DNA from: Alphaproteobacteria bacterium
GTDB taxonomy: Bacteria; Pseudomonadota; Alphaproteobacteria; SP197
NCBI GenBank assembly: GCA_965116515.1
Contig: OZ220705.1
Location: forward strand, 4,381,113 to 4,445,112
Length of the DNA stretch: 64,000 nucleotides
Direction of reading: 5' to 3'
Positions 43,981-53,786 of this stretch are shown in pieces. The stretch's first letter is position 1. The number at the start of each line of letters is the position of its first letter. The notes beneath the pieces were generated by a model. The model saw only the letters and a program-made list of their open reading frames with translations, was not told the DNA's origin and made no database searches. The position numbers and the translations under genes are program-made.

Positions 43981-45162
43981 CTACCAGCCGAGCATGGGCA
44001 GGTTGGTGAGGCTCTCGTTACGCTCGGGAGCGACGATGAAATTCTCCTCGATTCCCGCCGTCCCGACTCCGGGGCGCGACAGAAAGTACTCCACGCCCAT
44101 CACCATGCCGGCCTCGATCGGCTCATCAGTGTTGTCGCCGGCGAGGTTGATGAACGGAGGCTCCCAGAAAAGCCCGGTACCGTGGGCAACCACGGAATAG
44201 ATCTGGCTGGTGGTTCCGTCGTCGCCTCCCGCCGCCTCGACCGCGGCGCGGGCTGACGCCGCAATTTCGTCTCCCGTGGCACCCGGGCGCACCGATTCCT
44301 GAATGGTTTCGACGATCGAGGCGCAGTCGCCAATAAGCTGGCGTTGTTCCGCCGTCGGCGCGGATCCCGCCACAGCCGTCCGGCCATGGTCGAACCAGTA
44401 GCCCTGAAAGGTCGTATCCATCCAGCCGCGCACGAGGTCGCCGTCCCGGGGCGCGTCGCCACCGCGGCCCAGCAGGGGATCGCGGCACCAGTATCCGATG
44501 GTGTCACCGTGGTTGACCGAAATGTACGAGCCGCCGTTGCCGCGCCGGCAGAGTTCGCGGAGCGCCTCTGCAACCGCCTCGCGTTCCGACGTTCCGCGGA
44601 CCATTTCCTTCATGAGGATATCGAGCGCGGCAGCCCCGTTGGCCCCGCCTTCGCGCATGCAGTCGAGTTCCCGAGGGCTCTTGATGCGGCGCAACGCGAG
44701 CACCAGGTCCTCGTCCTCGCGCCAGTCGATGTCCGGAGTCCGACCGAGCATTTCGCGGCCGTAGCGATAGGGCAGCACGGTCGCTCCCGTGAAGGCGACC
44801 GCTCCCTCGAGCCGCCTGGCCTCGAGCCGCCGCACCACGCCGTCGACGACATCGCGGTGGCGCGACACGCGGTCCGTGGCAAGGAACTCGTTTCGCACAT
44901 CGGCCGCTTCGGCCACAAGCTCGGGCATCTCGCCTGGTTGCAGGATGACGGCATAGTATCCCCAGGCATGGCGGCCGTGGGTGTCAGGCGATGCTTCGGG
45001 GGCATAGTAGTTGGTGAGGTAGAGGACATCGCCGGCCCTGTCCTGGCTCTGCATGGACCGGCTCCACACCACCGCGGCCTCCAGGCCGCGCCGTTCCATC
45101 TCCCGGTGAACGCGGGTCCAGCGATCCTCGTATTCTTCCTGCGGAAAGTAGCCCCTGACCAT
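43981..45162 (-). CDS. M24-family metallohydrolase (Xaa-Pro peptidase / creatinase / ectoine-hydrolase-like)
   Basis: Creatinase-type N-domain plus pita-bread domain (RRIKSPRELDCMREG..., GYWFDHGRT, AHGTGLFWEPPFI, GMVMGVEYF, ENFIV). ATG 45162 is preceded by AAGGGGGA. Confidence 0.85.
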   Translation of the reverse strand: MVRGYFPQEEYEDRWTRVHREMERRGLEAAVVWSRSMQSQDRAGDVLYLTNYYAPEASPDTHGRHAWGYYAVILQPGEMPELVAEAADVRNEFLATDRVSRHRDVVDGVVRRLEARRLEGAVAFTGATVLPYRYGREMLGRTPDIDWREDEDLVLALRRIKSPRELDCMREGGANGAAALDILMKEMVRGTSEREAVAEALRELCRRGNGGSYISVNHGDTIGYWCRDPLLGRGGDAPRDGDLVRGWMDTTFQGYWFDHGRTAVAGSAPTAEQRQLIGDCASIVETIQESVRPGATGDEIAASARAAVEAAGGDDGTTSQIYSVVAHGTGLFWEPPFINLAGDNTDEPIEAGMVMGVEYFLSRPGVGTAGIEENFIVAPERNESLTNLPMLGW

Positions 45163-45175
45163 GGAAGTCCCCCTT

Positions 45176-46240
45176 CTATTTCGCGAGCAGGACAATGCGG
45201 CGGCGGCGGACATGCACCTCGGCCCTCTCGCCGATGGCCGCTCCATGCTCGACAGGAACATACACGAGGAGCTCCTGGCCGTCGTGCCCAACGCTCCTCG
45301 CGCGGCACCGGTAATGAGCCCCCTGGAAGACACTGTCGGTAAAGACAACCGCTCCCAGGCTCTCGGTGTCGCGGGCGGGCTCGAACAGGACATGTTCGGG
45401 CCGGATCGAGACGCGGACATCGTCTCCCGGCGGCGCCGAACCGCGGACCCGGATCCCGCCCAGCGGTGTCGAGAGCTTCAGGTACCCGTCACAAGCCTCC
45501 TCCACCCGGCCCGCCACGATGTTGGTTTCGCCCATGAACGTGGCCGCGAACAGTGTCGCCGGTTCGAGATAGACCCGGTCCGGAGTGCCGCAGTCCTCGA
45601 CGCGGCCGTTGTTCAGAACCACGATCCTGTCGGCGATGCTCATTCCCTCTTCCTGGTCATGGGTGACATGGACGAAGGTCGTGCCCAGGCTTCGCTGCAG
45701 GCCGGCCAGTTCATCCTGCATCTGGCGCCGCAGGTTGAGATCGAGCGCGCCGAGCGGCTCGTCGAGGAGCAGCACTTCGGGCCGAACCGCGATAGCCCTG
45801 GCGAGCGCCACCCTCTGTCGTTGCCCGCCGGAGAGCTCGCCCACCGGCCGCCGCTCGAAACCGGTGAGTCCAACCATCGCCAGCACGTCCGACACGCGGA
45901 CAAGCCGTTCCTTTCTCCCCAGTCCCTGCATCTCGAGGCCGAAGGCGATGTTGCCGGCGACGTTCATGTGCGGAAAGAGGGCATAGTCCTGGAAGACCGT
46001 GGAGGTGGGCCGCCGGGCCGGCGGTGTGCGAGTCACGTCATTCCCGCCGATTGCGACACGTCCCGAGGTCGGATCGACAAACCCTCCCAGAATTGAGAGG
46101 AGCGTCGTCTTGCCGCTTCCGGAAGGCCCCAGGAGGACGACGAACTCACCTCGTTCGATCGAGAGGTTCACGTCGCAAACTGCGGGTATTCCCGCATAGT
46201 GCTTGGTTACTCCCTCAAGCATGACGTGGGACCCGTTCAT
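45176..46240 (-). CDS. ABC transporter ATP-binding protein, PotA-like
   Basis: GPSGSGKTT, LSGGQRQRVALARA, LLLDEPLGALD, TOBE-like tail. ATGA overlap with the upstream permease gene. Confidence 0.9.
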   Translation of the reverse strand: MNGSHVMLEGVTKHYAGIPAVCDVNLSIERGEFVVLLGPSGSGKTTLLSILGGFVDPTSGRVAIGGNDVTRTPPARRPTSTVFQDYALFPHMNVAGNIAFGLEMQGLGRKERLVRVSDVLAMVGLTGFERRPVGELSGGQRQRVALARAIAVRPEVLLLDEPLGALDLNLRRQMQDELAGLQRSLGTTFVHVTHDQEEGMSIADRIVVLNNGRVEDCGTPDRVYLEPATLFAATFMGETNIVAGRVEEACDGYLKLSTPLGGIRVRGSAPPGDDVRVSIRPEHVLFEPARDTESLGAVVFTDSVFQGAHYRCRARSVGHDGQELLVYVPVEHGAAIGERAEVHVRRRRIVLLAK

Positions 46241-47049
46241 CGGCCTGTGCCTCCCGCGTCTTTCCTGCGATGGAGGCGGTAGGCCAGAAGGGCGAGGATC
46301 AGGACCGCAATCGTCACGGTGAAGACGAGGGATCCCGCTGCGTTGGCCTGCGGGTTGAGGCCCCTGCGCAGGAGACTCCACAGCTCCACGGGCAAGGTGA
46401 CGTCGAAGACGCTGAGCAGGAAGGCGATGATGAATTCGTCCCAAGAGAAAGTGAACGTGAGCGCGAACGCGGCGAACAGGGCGGGCCACAGCATTGGCAC
46501 CGTGATTCGCCGCAGGACGGTGGCCTCGCCAGCCCCTAGGTCCCTGGCGGCTCTTTCGGCATACACCTGATGATCGCCCATCTGGCCATAGATCAACGCG
46601 AAGGCCAGGGGCAGGTTGATCACGAGGTGGCCCATGCCGACCGTCAGCAGCGACTTGGAGATCCCGAGTTCCCTCAGCATCAGCAGGAGCCCCATGCCGA
46701 TGACGAGATAGGAAACGAACAGCGGCAGGACGAGGAGCCACCGGATCATCGGAGCACCGGCAGGACGATGCCGCGCCAGACCGTAGGCGGCGAGAAACCC
46801 GAGGACCGTGGACACCGCGCCCGACCCGAGAGCAACCACGACCGAGTTCGCAAGGCTGTCCATGAGGCGTCTGTTGGCAAACAGCGCGTCGTACCACTTC
46901 AGCGTGAACCCGCGGAAGGGAGGCACCGGAAGCTTGCCGTCCTGGAAGGAGAAGACGATGAGGACCAGCACGGGAAGGAAGATGAATCCGTAGATCAGCG
47001 CGACATAGGCGACGACGGCCAGCCGGGCGAAGGACCTGCGTGATATCAT
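46237..47049 (-). CDS. ABC transporter permease, PotC-like
   Basis: 271 aa, 6 TM, permease loop (ERAARDLGAGEATVLRRITVPMLWPAL). ATGA overlaps on both sides. The ORF-track 5' extension was rejected. Confidence 0.9.
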   Translation of the reverse strand: MISRRSFARLAVVAYVALIYGFIFLPVLVLIVFSFQDGKLPVPPFRGFTLKWYDALFANRRLMDSLANSVVVALGSGAVSTVLGFLAAYGLARHRPAGAPMIRWLLVLPLFVSYLVIGMGLLLMLRELGISKSLLTVGMGHLVINLPLAFALIYGQMGDHQVYAERAARDLGAGEATVLRRITVPMLWPALFAAFALTFTFSWDEFIIAFLLSVFDVTLPVELWSLLRRGLNPQANAAGSLVFTVTIAVLILALLAYRLHRRKDAGGTGR

Positions 47050-47900
47050 GGCGACGCTTGGCTCCGGACCCTCAGCCAGCGCGCGCATGCGAAGAAAACC
47101 AGCGACACGACGGCCATGAGAACGAGACTCATCGCCGACGCCATGGGCAGGTTCACGTAGCGGCTGATCTGGAGCATGATCGCCTGGGGCATCAGCAATT
47201 CGGTGCCTCCTCCGAGGATCTGCGGCGTGACGAAGTCTCCGACGGCGACGACGAAGGTCAGGAAGGCCCCGACAACGACTCCGGGAAGGCTCAGCGGAAG
47301 GGTGATCCTGAGGAAGATCCTGAGGCGCGATGCCCCGAGATCCGCGGCGGCCGCGTGGTAGTGAGGATTGATCTGGACCAGGCTGGCGAAGATGGTCAGT
47401 GTCAGCAGCATGGTGAAGAAGTGCGTGAACCCCAGAACGGTCGCGCCACGGTTGTGGGCGAGTTCCAAGGGTGTCTCGACGATACCGGCCGCGAGCAGCA
47501 CACTGTTGACGATTCCCCTGTCCGAGAGGACGAGAAGCCAGCTGTAGGAGCGGACGAGATAGGATGTCCAGAACGGCAGGACCGCGAGCACCAGCGCGAT
47601 CTTCTGCAGGTGTCCAGGCACCCGGAACGCCAGGATCCAGGCCAGCGGATAGGCCAACAGGACGCTCAAGACCACGGTCAGCGCCGTCACCTCGAGCGAA
47701 TTGACGAGCGCTTGAAGGAAATGGGGCCTCGCGATGAACGCTTCGTAGTTCTCGTAGGTCCAGACATGCTGGACCTTGCCCGCGTCGAAGCGCCACAGGC
47801 TGTAGCAGGCCATCAGGAGGAACGGCAGCACGAAGAAGGCAAGCGTCCATGCCAAAGCCGGGAGGACGTACCCCCAGCCCCTGGAATCACGCCCCGGCAT
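47046..47900 (-). CDS. ABC transporter permease, PotB-like
   Basis: 284 aa, 6 TM, loop AAADLGASRLRIFLRITLPLSLPG. Confidence 0.9.
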   Translation of the reverse strand: MPGRDSRGWGYVLPALAWTLAFFVLPFLLMACYSLWRFDAGKVQHVWTYENYEAFIARPHFLQALVNSLEVTALTVVLSVLLAYPLAWILAFRVPGHLQKIALVLAVLPFWTSYLVRSYSWLLVLSDRGIVNSVLLAAGIVETPLELAHNRGATVLGFTHFFTMLLTLTIFASLVQINPHYHAAAADLGASRLRIFLRITLPLSLPGVVVGAFLTFVVAVGDFVTPQILGGGTELLMPQAIMLQISRYVNLPMASAMSLVLMAVVSLVFFACARWLRVRSQASP

Positions 47901-47959
47901 CGGGTCCGGTGTGAACGGTGGACGGCATGCCGGAACGGACCGGTCCGGCGCCGGGCCGC

Positions 47960-49039
47960 CTAGTGCTGAAGGAACCGCGCCCAGGCGTCGATCATCGCCA
48001 TATCAAGTTCCTGGTCATAGTAGTGGTTGATGTGGGAATCCTCGAGGAATGCGTCCTTGAGGTCCCAGCGAAGGAGGGCTCTTTCCTCGTCGGTCAGTTC
48101 AGCCTTTGAATTCGCCGGCATCGCCATGCCGCATGAATTCATGGCGAACCGCCCCTGCCCTGCGGCGCCGATAAGATACTTGACGTATTCGTTGGCAAGC
48201 TCCTTCTTCTCCGAAGACGCCACGATGCCGACGCTTTCGAGGTAGAAGATTCCGCCCTCTTCGGGAACGATCCAGTCGAGCGCCGGATTCTCCTCCTGCA
48301 GGCCGGTCACGATCCACTGCCCCCCTCCCAGGACGATATCCGCATCGCCGGTTGCAAGGGCCGTCTGGATGGTCGCGATGTCGCCGATGACGCCGACATT
48401 CTGCTTCATGGCGAGCAGCCTAGCCTCGACGTCCGCAAGATTGTCCATGGTGATCTCGTCGGGAGCCAGTCCCATGGCGAGCCCCACATTCTGCACAATC
48501 TGCACGTAGAAATCCCAAACGGCGATGCGGCCTTCGTATTTCGGGTTCCAGACGATGTCGTAGCTTGCGATATCCTCCGCATCGACACGCTCGCTGTTGT
48601 AGGCAACGGTGTTCCAGCCGAAGACGTCCGGCACCGCGTAGAGCTTGCCGTCCACGAAGTGGAGGTCACGCCTGAGAACCTGCGGAAAGATGTCGTCGAG
48701 CGGGAAGTCCGCCGGGTCGAGCTCGGCGAGCAGGCCGGCTTCCACGTGGGTCGCCACGAGTGTCGCGTCGGTGTGGAAGACGTCCCAATCCCCGGGCGCC
48801 GACTGCTCGATGATGGTCTGCGCGACCGCCGGATCCTCGTGGGTCTTGATGTTGATGCGCACGTCGAAGGCCTCTTCGAACGGACCGTTCAGTTCCGGAT
48901 CCGTGATGTCGCACCAGCCGATGACATTGAGATCTTCCGCCGCGCTGGCGGTGAACGCGAAGACCGAAACCGCGATGGCGGCGAGAACGGGTCCAGTCGC
49001 CCGCAAGGCAGCGCCCCGTGAAGCTAACGATGTCTTCAT
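47960..49039 (-). CDS. ABC substrate-binding protein, PotD/PotF-like
   Basis: Signal peptide MKTSLASRGAALRATGPVLAAIAVSVFAFTASA and a family-1 SBP body. GGAGGA lies 6 nt before ATG 49039. Confidence 0.85.
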   Translation of the reverse strand: MKTSLASRGAALRATGPVLAAIAVSVFAFTASAAEDLNVIGWCDITDPELNGPFEEAFDVRINIKTHEDPAVAQTIIEQSAPGDWDVFHTDATLVATHVEAGLLAELDPADFPLDDIFPQVLRRDLHFVDGKLYAVPDVFGWNTVAYNSERVDAEDIASYDIVWNPKYEGRIAVWDFYVQIVQNVGLAMGLAPDEITMDNLADVEARLLAMKQNVGVIGDIATIQTALATGDADIVLGGGQWIVTGLQEENPALDWIVPEEGGIFYLESVGIVASSEKKELANEYVKYLIGAAGQGRFAMNSCGMAMPANSKAELTDEERALLRWDLKDAFLEDSHINHYYDQELDMAMIDAWARFLQH

Positions 49040-49149
49040 GGCCATTCCTCCCCTTGCGGCACGTTGCAGTTCGTGCCGGTTTTCCGTCATTCTACCATCT
49101 TCGCAGTTGCGCCACCAATCGGGGCACAGCGGTCTTCTTGTCCGCCGGG

Positions 49150-49810
49150 TGGTCGCGAGAGAGCGTCATGGAGCGCATGCTTGACGTGTTGCCCGCCCTC
49201 GCGCGTCGCCTGTCGGGGCGCCCGGTTCACCCCACCGCGAGGTGGTCGACAGTCGGCGTGTGAAGACCACGGAATGTGGCAGTCCTGCGTATTATGGTGT
49301 GGGCAAGAAGATCAGGGGCCGCATGCTTCGCCTGACGGTGGACACCGAGAGGTCGCCGATTTCCCTTGCGGTCCACACGGTCGACATTCAGGCCTTCACA
49401 GGCTTACGTCCGTCCCGGCGGCCGAAACCGAACGATTTCGCCGGAGATCGCGCCTGGTATGCGGAGCCCGAAAGACCCATTCCACTCGGTGCGGAAGTTT
49501 CGGATTGGAACCGTCCATGGCCGGACATTCCGGATCGCCCGAATTGGCGGAGCCGAGGGAATCGACGGGCGCGTCCGGCAAAGTGCCATGGAGGGATCTC
49601 CGCCGACCCAGGGACCCCGGATTTTCATGTGTTTCTTCGTCATGTCCCGGACCCGGTTTCGCCGAGAGTTCGGATCTGAAGGACCGTTGCGATCAAGGCT
49701 GGTGGCTTCCATGCCATATCCGCCGTCATTCTGCAGTACGCGACCGGACGCTCGGCCGCCAGGACCAGACGGGCGACATCACTGGGCGGTCTGTCGCGAG
49801 GCTGTTGAAG
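49150..49810 (+). mobile_element. Highly degraded IS5-family transposase remnant
   Basis: Frame fragments resemble the IS5/IS427-type N-terminus (MERMLDVLPALARRLSGRPVHPT) and the DDE-region signature GYDAGKK(I/V)KGRKRHxLVDT...VH.A.IQ (here YYGVGKKIRGRMLRLTVDTERSPISLAVHTVDIQ). Frames are broken and the segment is much too short for an intact gene. Confidence 0.45.
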
Positions 49811-49816
49811 CGCAGT

Positions 49817-51211
49817 TCAATTGCCGTACACGAGGCGGGGCAACCACAGGATGATCTGGGGAAATGCGACGCAAATGAACAGACCGAGTGCCTGGAGCAG
49901 CAGGAACGGAACCGCGGACCGGAATATCGTGCCCATTCCGATCTCCGGCGGCGCGACGCTCTTGAGATAAAACAGGGCGTAGCCGAATGGCGGAGACAAG
50001 AAGGACATTTGCATGTTGACAATGTAGACGACACCGAACCACAGGCGCAGAGCTTCCTGCGCCTTGTCGGGATCCGTGATTCCGGCAGTCGGACCTGGCA
50101 GACCCAGCAGACCGTTGAACTCCATCTGCAACAGGATTGGCATGAATATCGGCACCGCAAGCAGGAGAATTCCGACCCAGTCAAGGAACATTCCGAGGAT
50201 GACCAGGATGATCATCATGATCAGCAGGATTCCATAGGGTCCAAGACCCGTTCCGATCAGCGCGTCGGCTACAAACTGCTGACCGCCTTGCAGGATGTAG
50301 AAGCCTACGAAAATGCTGGCACCGAAAATGATCCACAACACCATGGCCGAAGCCTTGAGCGTGACAAGCGCACCCTCCCGGATGTTCTCCCAGGAAAGAC
50401 GACGGTGCATCGCGGCAACGTAAAGGGCTCCGAAGGTGCCTATTCCCGCCGCTTCGACAGGTGTGGCAACACCGGTGAATATCACGCCGAGAACCAGCAA
50501 GATCAGGAGTATCGGGGTAATGATGTTGCGCAGGAGAACGAGCTTCTCCCGGAAGCTGATTCTCTCCTCCACCGGCAAGGCCGGTCCCGCGGCGGGATTT
50601 ATGTAACAGCGTGCGGTGACGTAGATGACGTAGAGGCCGGACAGGAGAAGTCCGGGGAATATTGCGCCAATGAAAAGATCTCCTACCGACTGCTGGGCCA
50701 CCACTGCAAACAGGATGGCAAGGATCGATGGGGGAATGAGAATGCCGAGCGTGCCGCCGGCCAGAATGGATCCGCAGGCAAGATGGGGGTCGTAACGCCG
50801 TCTCAGCATGGCCGGAAGTGCGAGGATCCCCATGGCGACCTCTGCCGCGCCGATCACGCCGACCATGGCGGCGAGTATCGTCGAAGAAACAATCGTCGCG
50901 GACGCAAGGCCGCCTCTCAAGCCTCCGAGAATCTTGTAAACGACGTCGAAGAGTTCCTGGATGATACCGGCACGCTCCAGCATCACGGCCATGAATATGA
51001 ACAACGGGATGGCGCTCAGCTGGTAGTCCGTCATGAACGGAAAGATGCGGGACGGGAGGATGTTGAGTTCGCTCACCGAACCGAAGAGGAACAGGAAAAT
51101 GCAGCCCAGGCCGCCGGTTACAAACGCCAGGGGGAGCCCTGCCATCAGAAGGACGCCGAGCGAACCGAACATGAGAACGGTCAACCACAGAAGATCGATC
51201 TCCTGACCCAT
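49817..51211 (-). CDS. dctM: TRAP transporter large permease
   Basis: 464 aa multi-TM protein with a DctM-type sequence throughout (…LPLAFVTGGLGCIFLF…, …GGTLGILIPPSI…). Confidence 0.92.
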   Translation of the reverse strand: MGQEIDLLWLTVLMFGSLGVLLMAGLPLAFVTGGLGCIFLFLFGSVSELNILPSRIFPFMTDYQLSAIPLFIFMAVMLERAGIIQELFDVVYKILGGLRGGLASATIVSSTILAAMVGVIGAAEVAMGILALPAMLRRRYDPHLACGSILAGGTLGILIPPSILAILFAVVAQQSVGDLFIGAIFPGLLLSGLYVIYVTARCYINPAAGPALPVEERISFREKLVLLRNIITPILLILLVLGVIFTGVATPVEAAGIGTFGALYVAAMHRRLSWENIREGALVTLKASAMVLWIIFGASIFVGFYILQGGQQFVADALIGTGLGPYGILLIMMIILVILGMFLDWVGILLLAVPIFMPILLQMEFNGLLGLPGPTAGITDPDKAQEALRLWFGVVYIVNMQMSFLSPPFGYALFYLKSVAPPEIGMGTIFRSAVPFLLLQALGLFICVAFPQIILWLPRLVYGN

Positions 51212-51214
51212 GGG

Positions 51215-52384
51215 TCAACCTGTCCGGCTTCGAGAAAGAAAGATGATGTTGCGCATGAGCCCGGCAACGCCCTGAAGCAGGATCAGGATTCCGCCGATCA
51301 TGATGGCGAACTTCACCGGCCAGTACTGAATGGCCCATTCCGTAAAGGACACTTCCATCACCTCGACGGCGTCCATGGCGAATAGGGCACCCGTCATGAT
51401 CAGTGTCACGATAAAGATGAAGAAGGCCACGGAAGTCGCGATATCGAGCCTGGCCCGGTTACGTACTGAAAGCTGCGCGTAGATCACATCGACCTTGACG
51501 TGCTTGCCATCACGCAGTGTGCAGGCGCCAGAGAGCAGGTACTGCATGCCGAACATCAGGAACATGGCCTCGTGGGCCCAGTTTGTCGGAGAGTTGAAGA
51601 CGTATCGCGCGATCACCTCGTAGTAGTAGACGAACACCGCCAGCACGATCCAGTAGGACACGAAACTGCCGGACCAGTCGCTGATCTTCTCGATCACCCT
51701 TATGAACGGGTTCGTGATCGAGTCACGCTCATCGGGAGTGACGTCCCGTTGCAGGATGTCGATCTCTCTCGAGTCGGCGGCGTCGCGCGCTTCGCTATCG
51801 CGGGCAAGCTTGGGAAGGCGCCACGCATCGAAGAGGAGAAGTACGACGATCAGATAGAAGACGGTGCCGACAAAGGCCCGCCATTCATCCTCGGTCTGCG
51901 CCGCCGCTCTCGCTTTCGCCTGAACCGCATCGCGCTCCTCGAGGGCCGATGCGAGGCGTTCCTGCGCCCCTTCGGACTCTCGATCGACATCTTTCTGATG
52001 CTTGGTGACGTTGAACTCCGTAATTCGGAGTTCGTTGTCGAACGCGGACCGCACATTCCGGGCATCCGAGGAATAGCGTTCGCCCAGCAAAAGCAGCGCG
52101 AAAAGCAGGATGAAGATGGTCCCCACCTGTCTCGAGCGGAGGTAGAACCGGTGCAAGCCGACGAATCCGCCCCAGAACCAGAACATCCAGGCTATCGCCG
52201 CCGAAGCGCTCCGCCGCGGCATCTGCCTGGCCCGGCGCACAAGGTACATCGCGAACAGGGGGAACAGCAGCAAGCCGGCCCAGTACACCACGTGGGGCAG
52301 CGTCAACGTCAGACTTGGCAGGGCGAGCCATTCTGGCACGATGCTGTGCAGCACCGTCGCTATTGGACCCAGCACCCACTCCAT
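51215..52384 (-). CDS. dctQ: TRAP small permease (DctQ) fused to an N-terminal TM2 domain and charged linker
   Basis: N-terminus has the TM2 signature AIAWMFWFWGGFVGLHRFYLRS between two TM helices. Then a roughly 110-aa charged helical linker (…ESEGAQERLASALEERDAVQAKARAAAQTEDEW…). Then a DctQ-like 4-TM C-terminal half (…YYYEVIARYVFNSPTNWAHE…). Confidence 0.8.
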   Translation of the reverse strand: MEWVLGPIATVLHSIVPEWLALPSLTLTLPHVVYWAGLLLFPLFAMYLVRRARQMPRRSASAAIAWMFWFWGGFVGLHRFYLRSRQVGTIFILLFALLLLGERYSSDARNVRSAFDNELRITEFNVTKHQKDVDRESEGAQERLASALEERDAVQAKARAAAQTEDEWRAFVGTVFYLIVVLLLFDAWRLPKLARDSEARDAADSREIDILQRDVTPDERDSITNPFIRVIEKISDWSGSFVSYWIVLAVFVYYYEVIARYVFNSPTNWAHEAMFLMFGMQYLLSGACTLRDGKHVKVDVIYAQLSVRNRARLDIATSVAFFIFIVTLIMTGALFAMDAVEVMEVSFTEWAIQYWPVKFAIMIGGILILLQGVAGLMRNIIFLSRSRTG

Positions 52385-52488
52385 GGCAATGAGGGCGTCC
52401 GGAACGTTCTTATGGCGCCTGGGTAAAGGCCGGGCAGGAAGAGACCCTGGTCCACCCCACCCGGCGTTGCCTGACTTTCATCGTGATT

Positions 52489-53637
52489 TCAGAAGTCCAG
52501 GACCTGGCCATCGATCATGTCAGGCGTCACGTATCCAAGACTTCCCGACATCATGTAGTCCAGCTGGATCTTGAAGACCCGGGCAGCGTCCTTGTCCTTG
52601 TTGGCCCACTGGAACCAGCGTGGCACGGCATAATTGGTGAACTCCTCGACGTCGTCCTGGGAAAGCCTGGTCACCACCGTTCCGGCCTCCTCGAACTTGG
52701 CCCAGGCTTCCTGGTCGGCCTTCTGAATCAGGGCGTGATGGTGGTCGGAATAGACGCAAACCTCCATCTCGACGAACTGCCTCATCTGGTCGGAGAGCGC
52801 GTTCCAGTGCTCCATGCCGACGGTGAGGTCCATAAGGTCGACCGGTTGGTAAATCGACATGAAGCCCGGAGGTCCCATCGAGATGTAATTCGTCGCCTTG
52901 TGGAATCCCAGCGCGTAGTTGATGGCCGGGCCAACGTAATCTGCGACATCGATCGTTCCCTTGTCCAGGGCGGGGAAGATCTCCGAGCCGGGAAGGAGCG
53001 TCGTCTTGGCGCCCACGTCCTGGAATACCTCCGCCACCATGCCTCCAGGGAGCCGCATCTTGCGATCCCTGAAATCGTCGATCGACAGGATCGGGACCTT
53101 GGAATGGATAATGTTGGGACCATGATGAATGTGGCCGACGTAGAACATGTCGTGCTGGGCGAAGATCTCGCGGGCGATCTCCCGGCCGCCAAGCGAGAGA
53201 AAGAACACATCCCACTCATGGGGATTGCGCAGGCCGAGCGGATAGGAACTCAGGAACACCGAAGCCGGGATGCGGCCTGCCCAATAGAGCGTGAACGGGT
53301 TCATCGCCTCGATCACACCGTTCTTCACAGCGTCGAACAGCTGGAAGTCACCGACGACATCCTTGGCGCCGAACGCCTGGAAGGCGAGTTCTCCACCTGT
53401 CTTCTCGACGATGGTGGCGCACCAGTTCTTGAAAATATCGAGGCCGATGCCACCTGGCCACGAAGTCTGGATACGCCATGTCGCTGTCTCAGCTGCATGC
53501 GCATCTCGAATATAGGGCGCAGCAAGGCCGCCAGCACTCGCCGCTGCAACTCCGGCCGCGAGGGCGCCATGTTTGAGGAATGCACGTCGTTCTTCAACGA
53601 CACTGTCCGTTTTCGGATGATGTTTGGATTTGGTCAT
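52489..53637 (-). CDS. TRAP transporter substrate-binding protein (COG4663-like type), Tat-type signal
   Basis: ERRAFLKHGALAAGVAAASAGGLAAPYIRDAHA signal, then WRIQTSWPGG...FQLFDAVKNGVIEA... ATG 53637 is preceded by GAGAGG. Confidence 0.85.
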   Translation of the reverse strand: MTKSKHHPKTDSVVEERRAFLKHGALAAGVAAASAGGLAAPYIRDAHAAETATWRIQTSWPGGIGLDIFKNWCATIVEKTGGELAFQAFGAKDVVGDFQLFDAVKNGVIEAMNPFTLYWAGRIPASVFLSSYPLGLRNPHEWDVFFLSLGGREIAREIFAQHDMFYVGHIHHGPNIIHSKVPILSIDDFRDRKMRLPGGMVAEVFQDVGAKTTLLPGSEIFPALDKGTIDVADYVGPAINYALGFHKATNYISMGPPGFMSIYQPVDLMDLTVGMEHWNALSDQMRQFVEMEVCVYSDHHHALIQKADQEAWAKFEEAGTVVTRLSQDDVEEFTNYAVPRWFQWANKDKDAARVFKIQLDYMMSGSLGYVTPDMIDGQVLDF

Positions 53638-53757
53638 GGGAACAACCTCTCGTTCAGGAAGGTGGGGGTTCTCCAATCTCGGCTCGGTATTCCACTCTCC
53701 AGTGCACAAAGCGCCGCAGAACTATCGCCATCATGGTATCAGCAAAGCCGATAAGTC

Positions 53758-53786
53758 ACTTAACCAGCAGCGAATCTGAATGTCAA
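53758..53786 (-). promoter_or_regulatory. Candidate sigma70-type promoter for the TRAP operon
   Basis: Minus strand: TTGACA - 17 nt - TTAAGT, about 120 nt upstream of the binding-protein ATG. Confidence 0.35.

Noticed and set aside
49064-51385. 773-aa plus-strand ORF, the longest in this region
   Set aside because: It runs antisense to the dctM/dctQ genes and has an R/G/H/E-rich, low-complexity composition typical of the wrong strand in GC-rich DNA. Its 5' part is explained by the IS5-like remnant.
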